The position numbers were made by a program, and so were the translations under genes. From contig CANRBL010000004.1 of the NCBI GenBank assembly GCA_947628835.1, positions 214 through 64,213 on the forward strand: a stretch of 64,000 nt of DNA, in the 5' to 3' direction. The notes under the pieces are model-generated. The model saw only the letters and a program-made list of their open reading frames with translations, was not told the origin of the DNA and did not search any database. This document shows positions 1-10,333 of the stretch, piece after piece; within the stretch, counting starts at the first letter, position 1, and every line of letters begins with the position of its first letter. Origin of the DNA: an uncultured Clostridia bacterium (GTDB lineage: Bacteria; Bacillota; Clostridia; TANB77; CAG-508).

Positions 1-96
1 TTCATTTATATCTTACAATAATTTTATTTATGAGTCAATACCTTTTACAATAGATATTTCATTACTAGTTACAGGTTAATGGTTTTAAAAGGATAA

Positions 97-165
97 ATTT
101 CTAAAAGCTTTTCCAATCACATTCGTCATTTCATTCAAATTCTTATATTTCTATGCTTTTAACAC
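97..165. repeat. Partial copy (right arm) of an intergenic palindromic repeat family
   Basis: 107..155 matches 48918..48966 at 46 of 49 nt (gcttttcca.tc.cattcgtcatttcattcaaattcttatatttc.atg). Non-coding, downstream of the 231..1388 gene. Confidence 0.6.
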
Positions 166-230
166 TATTTTTATATAAAACCATTAATTAATAACAATAT
201 TTCATTTAACTGTGAATTGTAACATATATT

Positions 231-1388
231 TTAATAATCCGACACATTTATCGTAGGATAACTAAATTCTTGACCATTTTCTGTAAACTGATACCTTTCT
301 ATATGATTTTGATTAAAATTATTTGAACCTTTAAGAAAGTATCTATATCTATTTTTATCTGACAACTTACCACCATTAGTAATTATAGGGTCATCCCATG
401 TAACATCTACTGCATACCATATACCATCTACTTTAACATAATTCCATGAATGACTTTCTGTTACATTCTCTGAGTTTGTTCCTGTTCCAATAACCATGAC
501 ACAATCTATTCCCATAGAATTTAATAAATACTTAAAAGCCTTTGCATATCCTTCACATACACATTCTCTATTTACTAATGCACCATAGATATTATAAATA
601 TTATCTTTTGAAATAGTATTTTCATAATTTATTGTATCTACTAAATAATTATGAACTTTAAGTATTTTTTGATATTCTGTACCAGTTGTATTATTAACAA
701 TATAATTTTTAACGCTTTCTATAGTTTGTATATATTCACTTAACTGTTGTTGTGATAATATTCCATCAATATAATAGTTTGCTTCATTACCTGAATTTAT
801 ATATACATCATATGTTGTTTTTCCCTTGTATGTTGTACTACTTATATTTAAATACATTTTTCTAGGCTCCAAATAAAATACATCCGGATTATCGTATAAA
901 AACGCTTCCATCGCTGATTGATAATAATTTTTTAATTGTTCCTGTCCATTTTGATTTTGTAAGATATCACTAAAAGCTTCTCCAAAATCAACTTGATATG
1001 TACCATTTTTCATTTTTTCTTTACTATTTTGCAATCCATTATAGATTTTTTTTGAATATTCATTCAATTGATTATAAAGCATATTTTCTTTTATATTTGA
1101 AAACGTTCCTACAATTTGCTCTTGCATTTCATTTTTTTCATCTGAATCTTGCTGTGTATTTAATGGAATTTGGAGTATCTCAGGAACTGTTAATAGTTCT
1201 TCTTCATTACTTTTTTTATCCTCATCTGTAAACGTTCCTTCATAAAATGCATTTTCTATTTTCATTATATTTCCATTTGCTACTAAATCATTATACAGAT
1301 CTGTACCAACTATATACATACCTGCAACTACAAAAATAATTAAAAATAATAATATAATTGTTATTATGTTTCCATGATCACTTTTCAT
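231..1388 (-). CDS. Membrane-anchored transglutaminase-like (Cys-His-Asp) domain protein
   Basis: 385-aa ORF with an N-terminal TM helix (IITIILLFLIIFVVAGMYIV). C-terminal transglutaminase-core-like pattern RECVCEGYAKAF ... SHSWNYV ... DVTWDD. Confidence 0.65.
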   Translation of the reverse strand: MKSDHGNIITIILLFLIIFVVAGMYIVGTDLYNDLVANGNIMKIENAFYEGTFTDEDKKSNEEELLTVPEILQIPLNTQQDSDEKNEMQEQIVGTFSNIKENMLYNQLNEYSKKIYNGLQNSKEKMKNGTYQVDFGEAFSDILQNQNGQEQLKNYYQSAMEAFLYDNPDVFYLEPRKMYLNISSTTYKGKTTYDVYINSGNEANYYIDGILSQQQLSEYIQTIESVKNYIVNNTTGTEYQKILKVHNYLVDTINYENTISKDNIYNIYGALVNRECVCEGYAKAFKYLLNSMGIDCVMVIGTGTNSENVTESHSWNYVKVDGIWYAVDVTWDDPIITNGGKLSDKNRYRYFLKGSNNFNQNHIERYQFTENGQEFSYPTINVSDY

Positions 1389-1491
1389 AGTTTTTACCTC
1401 TCTCTATTATTTACATTTTTATTATAACATCAATTCATTAAAGAGTAAAGACACCCTAAAAAGGATGCCCTTACTAATAAATTTACACTTA

Positions 1492-1836
1492 TTACCTCAA
1501 TAATAATCTAGTAATGATACCTTCTAAATTAGCAATTCTTAATTCTAATTTTAAAAGGTCTAAACTAGTTGCCGTTGGCTGTTTTATCAATTTTTTAATA
1601 ATTTTTGCCATGTATTTGGCCGCTTCCTCATCATTACTAAATTCTTCTTGTAAGCTACACTCTTGTTCCCATAACGTTTCACTGACTATCCTCCGATTTG
1701 CCAGTACTCTTCCATCGATTTTTCCTTCCACGATTTCTATTACACGTTGCCAGAATTCTTCTTCTGTTTCTTTATCCCTTAGATTAATATTGTACAACTT
1801 TCGAACTTCTAAGACTAACTTATTTAAGTTTGTCAT
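1492..1836 (-). CDS. Hypothetical small cytoplasmic protein (114 aa)
   Basis: Uses the ORF-track frame. ATG at 1836 is preceded by AAAGGAGG, so the track start at 1866 is less likely. No domain recognised. Confidence 0.5.
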   Translation of the reverse strand: MTNLNKLVLEVRKLYNINLRDKETEEEFWQRVIEIVEGKIDGRVLANRRIVSETLWEQECSLQEEFSNDEEAAKYMAKIIKKLIKQPTATSLDLLKLELRIANLEGIITRLLLR

Positions 1837-2012
1837 ATTCAAACCTCCTTTTCTGAAAAAAAGCATATTAGCTAGAAACTCTTATATTATATCACATATC
1901 AATTATTTTGTCATTATTTTTAGTATAATTTTCTATTTTTTGCAAATAATATTATAAATTTAAAATGTATTTAAGAAAAGTTTGTTCACTTAAGAAAGGA
2001 GATTGATAAAAT

Positions 2013-3692
2013 ATGAATCTTAAGCAAATAATCAAAAAAATATTTACCTATAATCCCAACAATGAATATAACTTTTCAATATTAGAAGATAGTATAGGTC
2101 CAAACAAGCCTGAAGACAAGCAACAATCAGAAAAAATTTTCCCTCGTTTAGATTTAAATATTCAAAGTATAGAAACAAAATATAATCTTTTAATTAATAG
2201 TGATGTAATATTAAAACAATTTACTTTAAATGCAAGAGGTAAACAATACAATGCATTTATATTATATATAGATGGAATGGTAGATACAACACTTGTGAAC
2301 GATTTTTTACTAAAACCATTAATGCTCAGAAATCAAAATAATTTATTTGATGGTAATCAAAACAAAATACTATCAGAATCAGTTTCAAATAATGTTACTG
2401 TTAGAAAAATAAAAAAATTCAATTTAGCAGAATACGTTGAAACTTGTTTAGTTCCACAAAATAGTGTAAAAAAAGTACAAGAATTTGCTGATGCAATATC
2501 TGGAGTTAATTCTGGTGATTGTGCTTTATTTATAGACACCTTAGATATTGCTTTTGATGTTGATGTAAAAGGATTTAAACAAAGAAGTGTTGATACACCT
2601 ACAAATGAAATTATTATAAAAGGTCCTCATGAAGCATTTGTTGAAAATATTAGAACTAATACTTCACTTGTAAGACGAATTGTAAATAATGAAAATCTAA
2701 TTATAGAAAATTTAGAAGTTGGTAAAATAAGCAAAACAAAATGTGCTGTATGCTATATGAAAAATATAACTAATTCTAGTTTAGTTGCTGAAGTTAAATA
2801 TAGAATGAATAATATTGATATTGACTCATTACTATCTAGTGGTCAACTAGAACAATTGATAGAAGATACCGATATGTATGGTATTCCCCAAATTTTATCT
2901 ACAGAGCGTCCAGACAAAGCTACCAAATATTTATTACAAGGTCGAGTTGTTGTTATAATAAATGGTAACCCTTATTGTTTAATTATGCCTGCAACACTTA
3001 TAGATTTCTTATCTTCTCCAGAAGATACTAATTTAAGTACTTTATTTGCTAATTTTTTAAAAGCATTAAGAATTATTGCTGTTGTACTTACATTATTATT
3101 ACCTGGTATGTATATTGCAGTTACTAGCTTCCATCAAGAAATTTTACCAACCGAAATTCTTTTTTCTACATTAGCAGCTCGTGAACAGGTTCCCTTTCCT
3201 ATAATTTTTGAATTATTAATTATGGATTTTTCTTTTGAATTAATAAGAGAAGCCGGTCTACGCGTGCCATCTCCTATTGGACCTACAATAAGTATTGTTG
3301 GTGCTTTAATATTAGGTGATGCTGCAGTTAATGCAAATATAGTTAGTCCAATACTAATTATTGTTGTTGCTATTACAGGTATTTCATCTTTTGCTATACC
3401 AGATTTTTCTTTTGGTTTTCATTTAAGAGTATATAGGTTTGTATTTACTTTATTAGGTTTTACAGCTGGCTTTTTAGGTATTGGATTAGGAATATATGTT
3501 TATATATGTTTAATTTGTAATATAAAATCTTTTGGTGTTCAATATACAGCTCCATTTGCTCCTGCTATGAATAGCAAAAATAATGGATATTTTATTCCAC
3601 CAATATGGAAACAAGAATATCGTGCAACATTTTTATCACCAAAAAAAGAAAAAGCTCAATCTCATATTAGTATGAAGTGGAAAAATAATTAA
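2013..3692 (+). CDS. Spore germinant receptor A subunit (GerA/GerKA family)
   Basis: 559 aa with a soluble N-domain and a C-terminal TM bundle carrying the family-typical stretch PFPIIFELLIMDFSFELIREAGLRVPSPIGPTISIVGALILGDAAV. AGGAG RBS. First gene of an A-B-C operon. Confidence 0.85.
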   Translation: MNLKQIIKKIFTYNPNNEYNFSILEDSIGPNKPEDKQQSEKIFPRLDLNIQSIETKYNLLINSDVILKQFTLNARGKQYNAFILYIDGMVDTTLVNDFLLKPLMLRNQNNLFDGNQNKILSESVSNNVTVRKIKKFNLAEYVETCLVPQNSVKKVQEFADAISGVNSGDCALFIDTLDIAFDVDVKGFKQRSVDTPTNEIIIKGPHEAFVENIRTNTSLVRRIVNNENLIIENLEVGKISKTKCAVCYMKNITNSSLVAEVKYRMNNIDIDSLLSSGQLEQLIEDTDMYGIPQILSTERPDKATKYLLQGRVVVIINGNPYCLIMPATLIDFLSSPEDTNLSTLFANFLKALRIIAVVLTLLLPGMYIAVTSFHQEILPTEILFSTLAAREQVPFPIIFELLIMDFSFELIREAGLRVPSPIGPTISIVGALILGDAAVNANIVSPILIIVVAITGISSFAIPDFSFGFHLRVYRFVFTLLGFTAGFLGIGLGIYVYICLICNIKSFGVQYTAPFAPAMNSKNNGYFIPPIWKQEYRATFLSPKKEKAQSHISMKWKNN

Positions 3693-3732
3693 GTGTTTAT
3701 CTAATATACACTTAAGAAAGGATATATAAATT

Positions 3733-4845
3733 ATGACAAATAATAAAATTGGCAACTTTGAAGCAATTGCATTAATACTAACAATAGTTATAAACCATAC
3801 AGTTCTTACATTACCTAAAACAATTGTATCTACAACAAAATCATCTTCATTAATAAATATTGTATATGTTGGAATAATTGCTATATGTATTTCTATCTTA
3901 ATTTGTAATTTGTTAAAAAAATTTGTTGGCTTTGATATAATAGATGTTGCTACATTTTTAGGTGGAAATACTTTAAGAAATATCCTTGGAATACTATTTA
4001 TTGTATATTTCTTGTTTTCAGCTGGTTCTTTATTGCATAATTTTTGTAGTTGTTTACAAATTGCTTTTTACTCTTTAACAAATATACTATTTTTGATATT
4101 ACTTTTCTTAATTGTAGTTTATATAACTTGCAATTTTGGATTTAATTCTATTATAAAAACAAATCTTTTAATAGTTCCAATTGCTTTACTAAGTATAGTA
4201 TTTTTGTTTATAGCAAATACAAAGAATTTTAACTTGCAAAGAATTTTTCCAATTTTGGGAGATGGATTTAGTGCTACTTTTGTTTCTGGTCTAAGTAATT
4301 TAGTTGCTTTTAGTGGAATTGTTTTCCTATATTTTTTACCACCATATCTAAAAGAAAGTGAAAAATTAAAAAAAATTGCTGTATCATCTGTGATAATTTC
4401 TTTAGTCTACTTACTATTATCTATATCAACTATTTTGTTTATGTTTAACTTTTTTACAGCAACTGAAGAACTAATGCCATTATACTCAGCAGCAAGATAT
4501 ATAGAATTTGGAAACTTTTTCCAACGACTTGATTCAGTATTTTTATTAATATGGATTATGTCTCTTGCTTGCTATGTTTCCATTCTTGTAATTTTTTCAA
4601 TGAGTATTATGAAAAAAATTACAAATATAAAACATTATAATAGTACGATTTACCCGTTTTTATTAATAATTCTAGGTGTTAGCCTGTTACCTTCTAATGC
4701 ATCAATTGCTAATTTATTTGAAAATGTTATTTATAAATATGCATACTTTATATTAGTTTTAGGTATTAGTCTAACTGTACTAATCTTGGCAAATTTAAAA
4801 CATAGTAAAATTCCAGAAAGTAGTAATTTAAAAGAATATAAATAG
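3733..4845 (+). CDS. Spore germinant receptor B subunit (GerAB-type permease-like membrane protein)
   Basis: 370 aa with about 10 hydrophobic helices. Sits immediately after the A subunit. RBS AAGGA. Confidence 0.8.
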   Translation: MTNNKIGNFEAIALILTIVINHTVLTLPKTIVSTTKSSSLINIVYVGIIAICISILICNLLKKFVGFDIIDVATFLGGNTLRNILGILFIVYFLFSAGSLLHNFCSCLQIAFYSLTNILFLILLFLIVVYITCNFGFNSIIKTNLLIVPIALLSIVFLFIANTKNFNLQRIFPILGDGFSATFVSGLSNLVAFSGIVFLYFLPPYLKESEKLKKIAVSSVIISLVYLLLSISTILFMFNFFTATEELMPLYSAARYIEFGNFFQRLDSVFLLIWIMSLACYVSILVIFSMSIMKKITNIKHYNSTIYPFLLIILGVSLLPSNASIANLFENVIYKYAYFILVLGISLTVLILANLKHSKIPESSNLKEYK

Positions 4846-4858
4846 GTTTGGAGGTATT

Positions 4859-6094
4859 ATGAAAACAAATAAAACTGTAAAAAAAATCTTTATACTATTA
4901 TTAGTAATAATATTTATTTATGCATTCTCTAAATCATATACAACACATAGTATAGATAATTTATCTTACGCAATAGCTATGGGTATTGATACTGCTGATT
5001 CTGATCCAGAAAAATTAAAAATTACTTTCCAACTTTCTACAATTTCATCTTCTGGCGATTCTGGCTCTGCACAAAATTCAACTGTTACAAATGTTGTAGA
5101 AGCTTCATCTATTGATTCTGCTATTAATTTAATGAATGCATATATTGATAAAGAATTAAATTTAGCACATTGTAAAATTATAATCATATCAGAAGAGGTT
5201 GCTTCTAAAGGTATTGCTACTGAAATTTATAGTTTAATTAATAATACTCAACTTAGACCTACCGCAAATGTTGTAATAACCAAATGTACTGCAAATGATT
5301 ACATTAAAAATTCTGAATCTGACTTAACTAAATTGGTTACAAAATATTATTCTTTGTTTCCTGATTCTAGCAAATTTACAGGATATACAACAACTACAAC
5401 AATTGGAGATTTATTTAATGGATTTTCTTCCTATAAATATAACAATACTGCTATTTTAGGAGGATTAAATAATCCCGAAATAGAAACAGATGATACTCAT
5501 AATACTTCTGGTGGTGATTTTGATATTACTTCTGGTCAATCTCCTATTATTGGTGAACGTGGTACAGAAAATTTTGGTCTTGCTGTTTTTGATGGTGATA
5601 CTTTAGTTGGTGAATTAACTGCTATAGAAACTTTATGTCATTTAATAATATCTAATAAAGTTGACTCTTTTTTAATTGCAGTACCTGACCCTAATGATAA
5701 TGCTAGTACAATTGATATGTCTGTTTCTCCAAAAAAGAATTCAAAAATTAGTGTTGATATTGTTAATGGTATGCCCTATATAAAGGTTCATGTATTTTTA
5801 AATGCTAAAATTTTCACAATTAATCAAAACTCTAATTATACAAATTCTAATAACCTTGACGATTTATCTAATTATGCAAATATCTATTTAAAAAATCAAA
5901 TTACAGATTATTTGTATAAAACTTCTAAAGAATTAGAATCTGATATTGATGCTTTTGGTAATTATGCAATTAGACATTTTACAACTTTTACAGAGTGGAT
6001 TGATTATGGCTGGCTGGATAACTATAAAAATTCTTTTTTCGATATTAATGTCGATACTAATGTTCAATCTAGCTTATTACTAACTGAAAGTTAG
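4859..6094 (+). CDS. Spore germinant receptor C subunit (Ger(x)C family), non-lipobox variant
   Basis: 411 aa. GGAGGTATTATG initiation context. The mature domain starts with the family-like LSYAIAMGIDTA. The N-terminal anchor has no Cys. Confidence 0.75.
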   Translation: MKTNKTVKKIFILLLVIIFIYAFSKSYTTHSIDNLSYAIAMGIDTADSDPEKLKITFQLSTISSSGDSGSAQNSTVTNVVEASSIDSAINLMNAYIDKELNLAHCKIIIISEEVASKGIATEIYSLINNTQLRPTANVVITKCTANDYIKNSESDLTKLVTKYYSLFPDSSKFTGYTTTTTIGDLFNGFSSYKYNNTAILGGLNNPEIETDDTHNTSGGDFDITSGQSPIIGERGTENFGLAVFDGDTLVGELTAIETLCHLIISNKVDSFLIAVPDPNDNASTIDMSVSPKKNSKISVDIVNGMPYIKVHVFLNAKIFTINQNSNYTNSNNLDDLSNYANIYLKNQITDYLYKTSKELESDIDAFGNYAIRHFTTFTEWIDYGWLDNYKNSFFDINVDTNVQSSLLLTES

Positions 6095-6110
6095 TCTTTA
6101 TGGAGGTATT

Positions 6111-6290
6111 ATGAAAACTTTATTTATTAATATTATTTTTTTACTTTTTACTGTTTTTATTTTTATTAGAATAATATCTTATGCTTTATATGAAATTAAA
6201 GAAGAAAATAATAGTTTTGGTGGTATTTCTTTAATTGTGCTAACTTTTTTTAGCATTATATTTGCTGATATTATGGTTTGGATAAGCTAA
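6111..6290 (+). CDS. Small two-helix membrane protein, candidate germinant-receptor D-type subunit
   Basis: Not in the ORF track (59 codons). ATG 6111 has the same GGAGGTATTATG context as the C-subunit gene; stop at 6288-6290. Protein: MKTLFINIIFLLFTVFIFIRIISYALYEIKEENNSFGGISLIVLTFFSIIFADIMVWIS. Confidence 0.45.
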   Translation: MKTLFINIIFLLFTVFIFIRIISYALYEIKEENNSFGGISLIVLTFFSIIFADIMVWIS

Positions 6291-6430
6291 ATATGTCAAT
6301 TTAAAATATTAATATTTTTTATACAATAATTCATTTTTTTAGTAAATTTTTCTATTATTAATTGTAACAACTTATATTTTTTTCAATATAATAATTGTAT
6401 ATTTGAATGCTATTATTTATGGAGGTCCTT

Positions 6431-8239
6431 ATGTGTGGTTTTGTTGGTTTTGTAAACTATAAAAAAGATGTTTCTAATGATAAAAATATACTAGAACAAA
6501 TGAATAATACGTTATCTAATCGTGGACCAGATGAAGAAGGTTATTACATAAAAAAACATGTTGCTTTAGGCCATAAAAGGCTTATTGTAATTGACCCAGA
6601 TGGTGGTAAACAACCAATGATTGAAACGTATTCTTTTGGTGAATATGTTATTTGTTATAATGGACAAATTTATAATACAAAAGAACTTAGAAAAATTTTA
6701 GCAAAGAACGGTTTTTCTTTTAATGGTCATTGTGATACAGAAGTTCTTCTAAAAAGCTATATTCATTTTGGTAATGATGTTGTTAATCATTTAAATGGTA
6801 TTTTTTCTTTTGCAATATGGAATAGTAAAAATGATGAGTTATTTTTAGCAAGAGATCATTTCGGTATTAAACCTCTATTTTATACTGAATATGATGGTAA
6901 CTTAATATTTGGTTCTGAAATAAAGGCTTTATTTAAATATCCTGGAATTAAAAAGATTATTGATAGACAAGGTATTGGAGAATTATTTGGAATTGGACCT
7001 AGTCATACTCCTGGTACTACTGTTTTTAAAAATATTTTTGAACTAAAACCTGCTCATTTTGCTATTTATAATAAGTCTGGATTGCATATTAAAAATTATT
7101 GGAAACTTGAAAGTAAAGAACATACAGATAATTTTGAAACTACTTGTGAAAAAGTTTCTTTTCTTTTAGATGATGCAATAAAAAGACAATTAGTTTCTGA
7201 TGTTCCTTTGTGTGTTATGCTTTCTGGCGGATTGGATTCTAGCATTATAGTTGCTTATGCTAGTAACTATTGCAAATCTCAAGGTTTACCACCTTTAGAA
7301 ACATTTTCTGTTGATTATGTTGATAATGATAAAAATTTTGTTAAAAGTGATTTTCAACCTAATTCTGATAACTACTATATTGATATAATGAAAAAATCTT
7401 TTAATACTAATCATCATACTATAGTAATTGATACTCCTGAACTTGCTTCTACTTTAAAAGATGCAATGATTGCTAGAGATTACCCTGGTATGGCTGATGT
7501 TGATTCTTCTTTCCTACTATTTTGTAAACATATTAAAGAACATGCTACTGTTTGCTTGTCTGGTGAATGTTCAGATGAAATATTTGCTGGATATCCTTGG
7601 TTTTTTCGTGAAGATGCTTTAAATAGTAATACTTTTCCTTGGTCTATTGCTATAAAGGAAAGACAGGAAATTTTGAATAAAGACATCGCTTCTAAGGTTG
7701 ATTTAAAAAGTTATATTGATTATCGTTATAATGAAAGTTTATCTAATGTTACTATTTTAGATACAGACTCAAAAGATACTGCCGAAAAAAGAAAAATTTC
7801 TTTTCTTACTATGAATTGGTTTATGCAAACTCTTTTAGATAGGTCTGATAGAACTTCTATGTATAATGGCTTAGAACTTAGAGTTCCTTTCTGTGATTAT
7901 AGATTAGTTGAATATTTATGGAATATTCCTTGGGAAATGAAAGCTTTAAATGGTAGAGAAAAAGGTTTACTTAGATATGTTGTTAAAGATATTTTACCTG
8001 ATGAAATAGTTGATAGGAAGAAAAGCCCTTACCCAAAAACTCATAATCCTAATTATCTTTCTAAAGTTAAAAGTATGCTTTCAGATATTATGCGAAAACC
8101 TGATGCACCTATAAATAACTTGCTAAATAGACAGTATATACTTGATATTATTGCTACTGATGGTAATGCTTTTTCTCGCCCTTGGTTTGGGCAACTTATG
8201 ACCCGGTCCTCAACTTATGGCTTATCTTTGTCAAGTTAA
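6431..8239 (+). CDS. asnB: Asparagine synthetase (glutamine-hydrolysing); 3' end apparently frameshifted
   Basis: MCGFVGF N-terminus (Cys2 nucleophile) follows GGAGG at 6421. SGGLDSS PP-loop present. The track start at 6407 is an upstream non-ATG codon. The conserved C-terminus continues in another frame to 8279. Confidence 0.85.
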   Translation: MCGFVGFVNYKKDVSNDKNILEQMNNTLSNRGPDEEGYYIKKHVALGHKRLIVIDPDGGKQPMIETYSFGEYVICYNGQIYNTKELRKILAKNGFSFNGHCDTEVLLKSYIHFGNDVVNHLNGIFSFAIWNSKNDELFLARDHFGIKPLFYTEYDGNLIFGSEIKALFKYPGIKKIIDRQGIGELFGIGPSHTPGTTVFKNIFELKPAHFAIYNKSGLHIKNYWKLESKEHTDNFETTCEKVSFLLDDAIKRQLVSDVPLCVMLSGGLDSSIIVAYASNYCKSQGLPPLETFSVDYVDNDKNFVKSDFQPNSDNYYIDIMKKSFNTNHHTIVIDTPELASTLKDAMIARDYPGMADVDSSFLLFCKHIKEHATVCLSGECSDEIFAGYPWFFREDALNSNTFPWSIAIKERQEILNKDIASKVDLKSYIDYRYNESLSNVTILDTDSKDTAEKRKISFLTMNWFMQTLLDRSDRTSMYNGLELRVPFCDYRLVEYLWNIPWEMKALNGREKGLLRYVVKDILPDEIVDRKKSPYPKTHNPNYLSKVKSMLSDIMRKPDAPINNLLNRQYILDIIATDGNAFSRPWFGQLMTRSSTYGLSLSS

Positions 8240-8299
8240 TATGTGGCTTGAAATGTATCAGCCTAAAATTGAGTTGTAGCTCCTAATCATACTTAATTA

Positions 8300-8332
8300 A
8301 AGAATAGCTAAAATCTGCTATTCTTCTTTTTT
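8300..8332 (+). terminator. Rho-independent terminator downstream of asnB
   Basis: Stem agaatagc / gctattct (8301-8308 / 8317-8324) followed by a T-run. Confidence 0.6.
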
Positions 8333-8447
8333 ATATCCATATTTTTATTATTTCATTATTGTTTTTATTATTAACTCAGTAAATAAATTTTTTTTATTAT
8401 TTTCTGTAAATGTTTTAATTTGCTTTAGTATTTCTTATTTGTAATTA

Positions 8448-9635
8448 TTATTTTATATTAAATACTATTAAAGGAAGTTCCATTTCATTTTTTGTCAATC
8501 CACAGTGTGTTGATTTTTTTTCATTTTTACCTTTTAATTCTCTATCAAAATAATTTTCTAAAACAATAATAAAATCTGAAATAGCTATTGCTATATAATT
8601 TCCTATAAAGTCATCAATTTTTTTATGCTGTTTTCCTTTTCCCATTAAACCAGAATCTAAAAACTCTTTTTTATTATAAAGAATATATTTTTCATTAAAT
8701 TCTTTTTTAAATATTTCTTCAAATTTTTTCTTTTTTTCTTCTTTCACAAAGAAACTTATCATTCTCGATTCCAAAAAAGGTGGCATAATTAAACAATTTT
8801 GTATTTCTGGCAATTCTAAAATACTAATTTTTTCTTTAATATCATTATGTCCATGGTCTGCTGAAATTAGCAGTAATGTATTGGTTCCTTTTAACTTATT
8901 AATTAATTTTTGAAAATATTCTTCAGTTTCTTGTATAAATTTTTTTGTTTCATTAGAATAACATCCATTCTTATGTATAATTTCATCTGGATTATCACTG
9001 TATGCAAATATAAAATTTTGGTTTTTATCATTATTGCAAATTGCTAAAATTCCTTCACACATTTCATCTATGTTATTTGCATTTATTGTCAACTTTGTTT
9101 TCTTTTTACAATAATTTGGCACAATTTCACACACTGTCAGATTATTGTTTTGTTCTAATATTTGTGTGTAAATATTCTTATATCCTATTATATCTGATAT
9201 TTTTTTATCCTTTATTTTAATCTGTTCTCCATTTGAATCATCTATTTCAGGAAGTACATCAATATATTTCCCATATTCTTTAAAATATTGTGTCCAAGCT
9301 ATCCATGCAGTTTCAATAGGTGGCTTTCCAGAATAATATGTAGTCATAGCAGCAGTTGTAGTAGTTGGAAATACACTTGTAATATTACATAGTTTATTTC
9401 TATTAAATAGTCCTTTCGGAGAATTCTTAGACAATATATTTTCTCCCATCCCATCTAAAATAACTAATACAATATTATTATAGTCTTTATTTATTACTTC
9501 TTTAATTTCAGTTAATTCAGGAAACTCAGATTTTACATTATATTTTTTTAAAATAGATGTTATTAAGTTAAGTATAGACTTATTATAATTAGGTAGCATA
9601 ATCTTATTATCCATATTATTAAATCTTCTCTCCAT
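8448..9635 (-). CDS. Alkaline-phosphatase-superfamily protein (phosphodiesterase/nucleotide pyrophosphatase-like)
   Basis: Metal-site-like motifs VLVILDGMG, SVFPTTTT and LLISADHGHND. The exact start is ambiguous (M1, M8 or M13). Confidence 0.6.
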   Translation of the reverse strand: MERRFNNMDNKIMLPNYNKSILNLITSILKKYNVKSEFPELTEIKEVINKDYNNIVLVILDGMGENILSKNSPKGLFNRNKLCNITSVFPTTTTAAMTTYYSGKPPIETAWIAWTQYFKEYGKYIDVLPEIDDSNGEQIKIKDKKISDIIGYKNIYTQILEQNNNLTVCEIVPNYCKKKTKLTINANNIDEMCEGILAICNNDKNQNFIFAYSDNPDEIIHKNGCYSNETKKFIQETEEYFQKLINKLKGTNTLLLISADHGHNDIKEKISILELPEIQNCLIMPPFLESRMISFFVKEEKKKKFEEIFKKEFNEKYILYNKKEFLDSGLMGKGKQHKKIDDFIGNYIAIAISDFIIVLENYFDRELKGKNEKKSTHCGLTKNEMELPLIVFNIK

Positions 9636-9811
9636 TTCATAGAAAATAATTTATATTTATTTTAACATTTAAATTTTCTTTTGTAAACTATACTAAAGCA
9701 AAGAAGAGCCCATTTAGACTCCTCTTTACTTTTCACTAAACTCATTCTTTAAATTTTCTCATTACTATTAAATCATTAACTGAAATAAATATTTCATCTT
9801 TTTATATTTTT

Positions 9812-10294
9812 TTAGATTTTAATAAAATTATATTTTATATCAAAAAATTCAAGTATTTTTGATACTTCTTTTGGATTAAAAGTTACTGTTAAGGTATTTA
9901 TATTTGGATGAAAAGCCACTTTTTCATAATTTAATATATCCTCATCAATAACAAATATAACATCTGTTTTTTCGATATTTATAACATTAAATATCGAAAC
10001 AGATCCTTTCTTTGTTCCAAGTTTTTCATTTAAAGCATCTTCATCTCCAAAACTTAATCTTGTTTCTCCTAATAAATTTTGTAAAATTTTCAAATCGCTC
10101 CTTTTTTCTATTGGTAAAACCAATAAATAGTATTGACTTTTATTGCTATTTTTTATAAAAAGGTTTTTACATATTACTGCATCAAAATCTAAATTATATT
10201 TTTCATTATCCTCACAAGTAAATAATGGTGGATGTTCTATTATCTCATATTTAATATCTAGTTTTTCTAATAATTCATATACCTTATTCTCCAT
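9812..10294 (-). CDS. YbaK/ProX-type aminoacyl-tRNA editing domain protein
   Basis: 160 aa. YbaK-like pattern: N-terminal EHPP..T.E, central KNLF.K, and GSVS.F. Confidence 0.7.
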   Translation of the reverse strand: MENKVYELLEKLDIKYEIIEHPPLFTCEDNEKYNLDFDAVICKNLFIKNSNKSQYYLLVLPIEKRSDLKILQNLLGETRLSFGDEDALNEKLGTKKGSVSIFNVINIEKTDVIFVIDEDILNYEKVAFHPNINTLTVTFNPKEVSKILEFFDIKYNFIKI

Positions 10295-10333
10295 ATCTTT
10301 TTATAACTCCTTTTTAATTTTTCTTTCAATTAA

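Noticed and set aside
8448-9635. Alkaline-phosphatase-fold protein as a possible PglZ/BREX defence component
   Set aside because: It stands alone. No methyltransferase, ATPase, Lon-like or other BREX/defence partners are adjacent, and the motifs are generic for the alkaline phosphatase superfamily.
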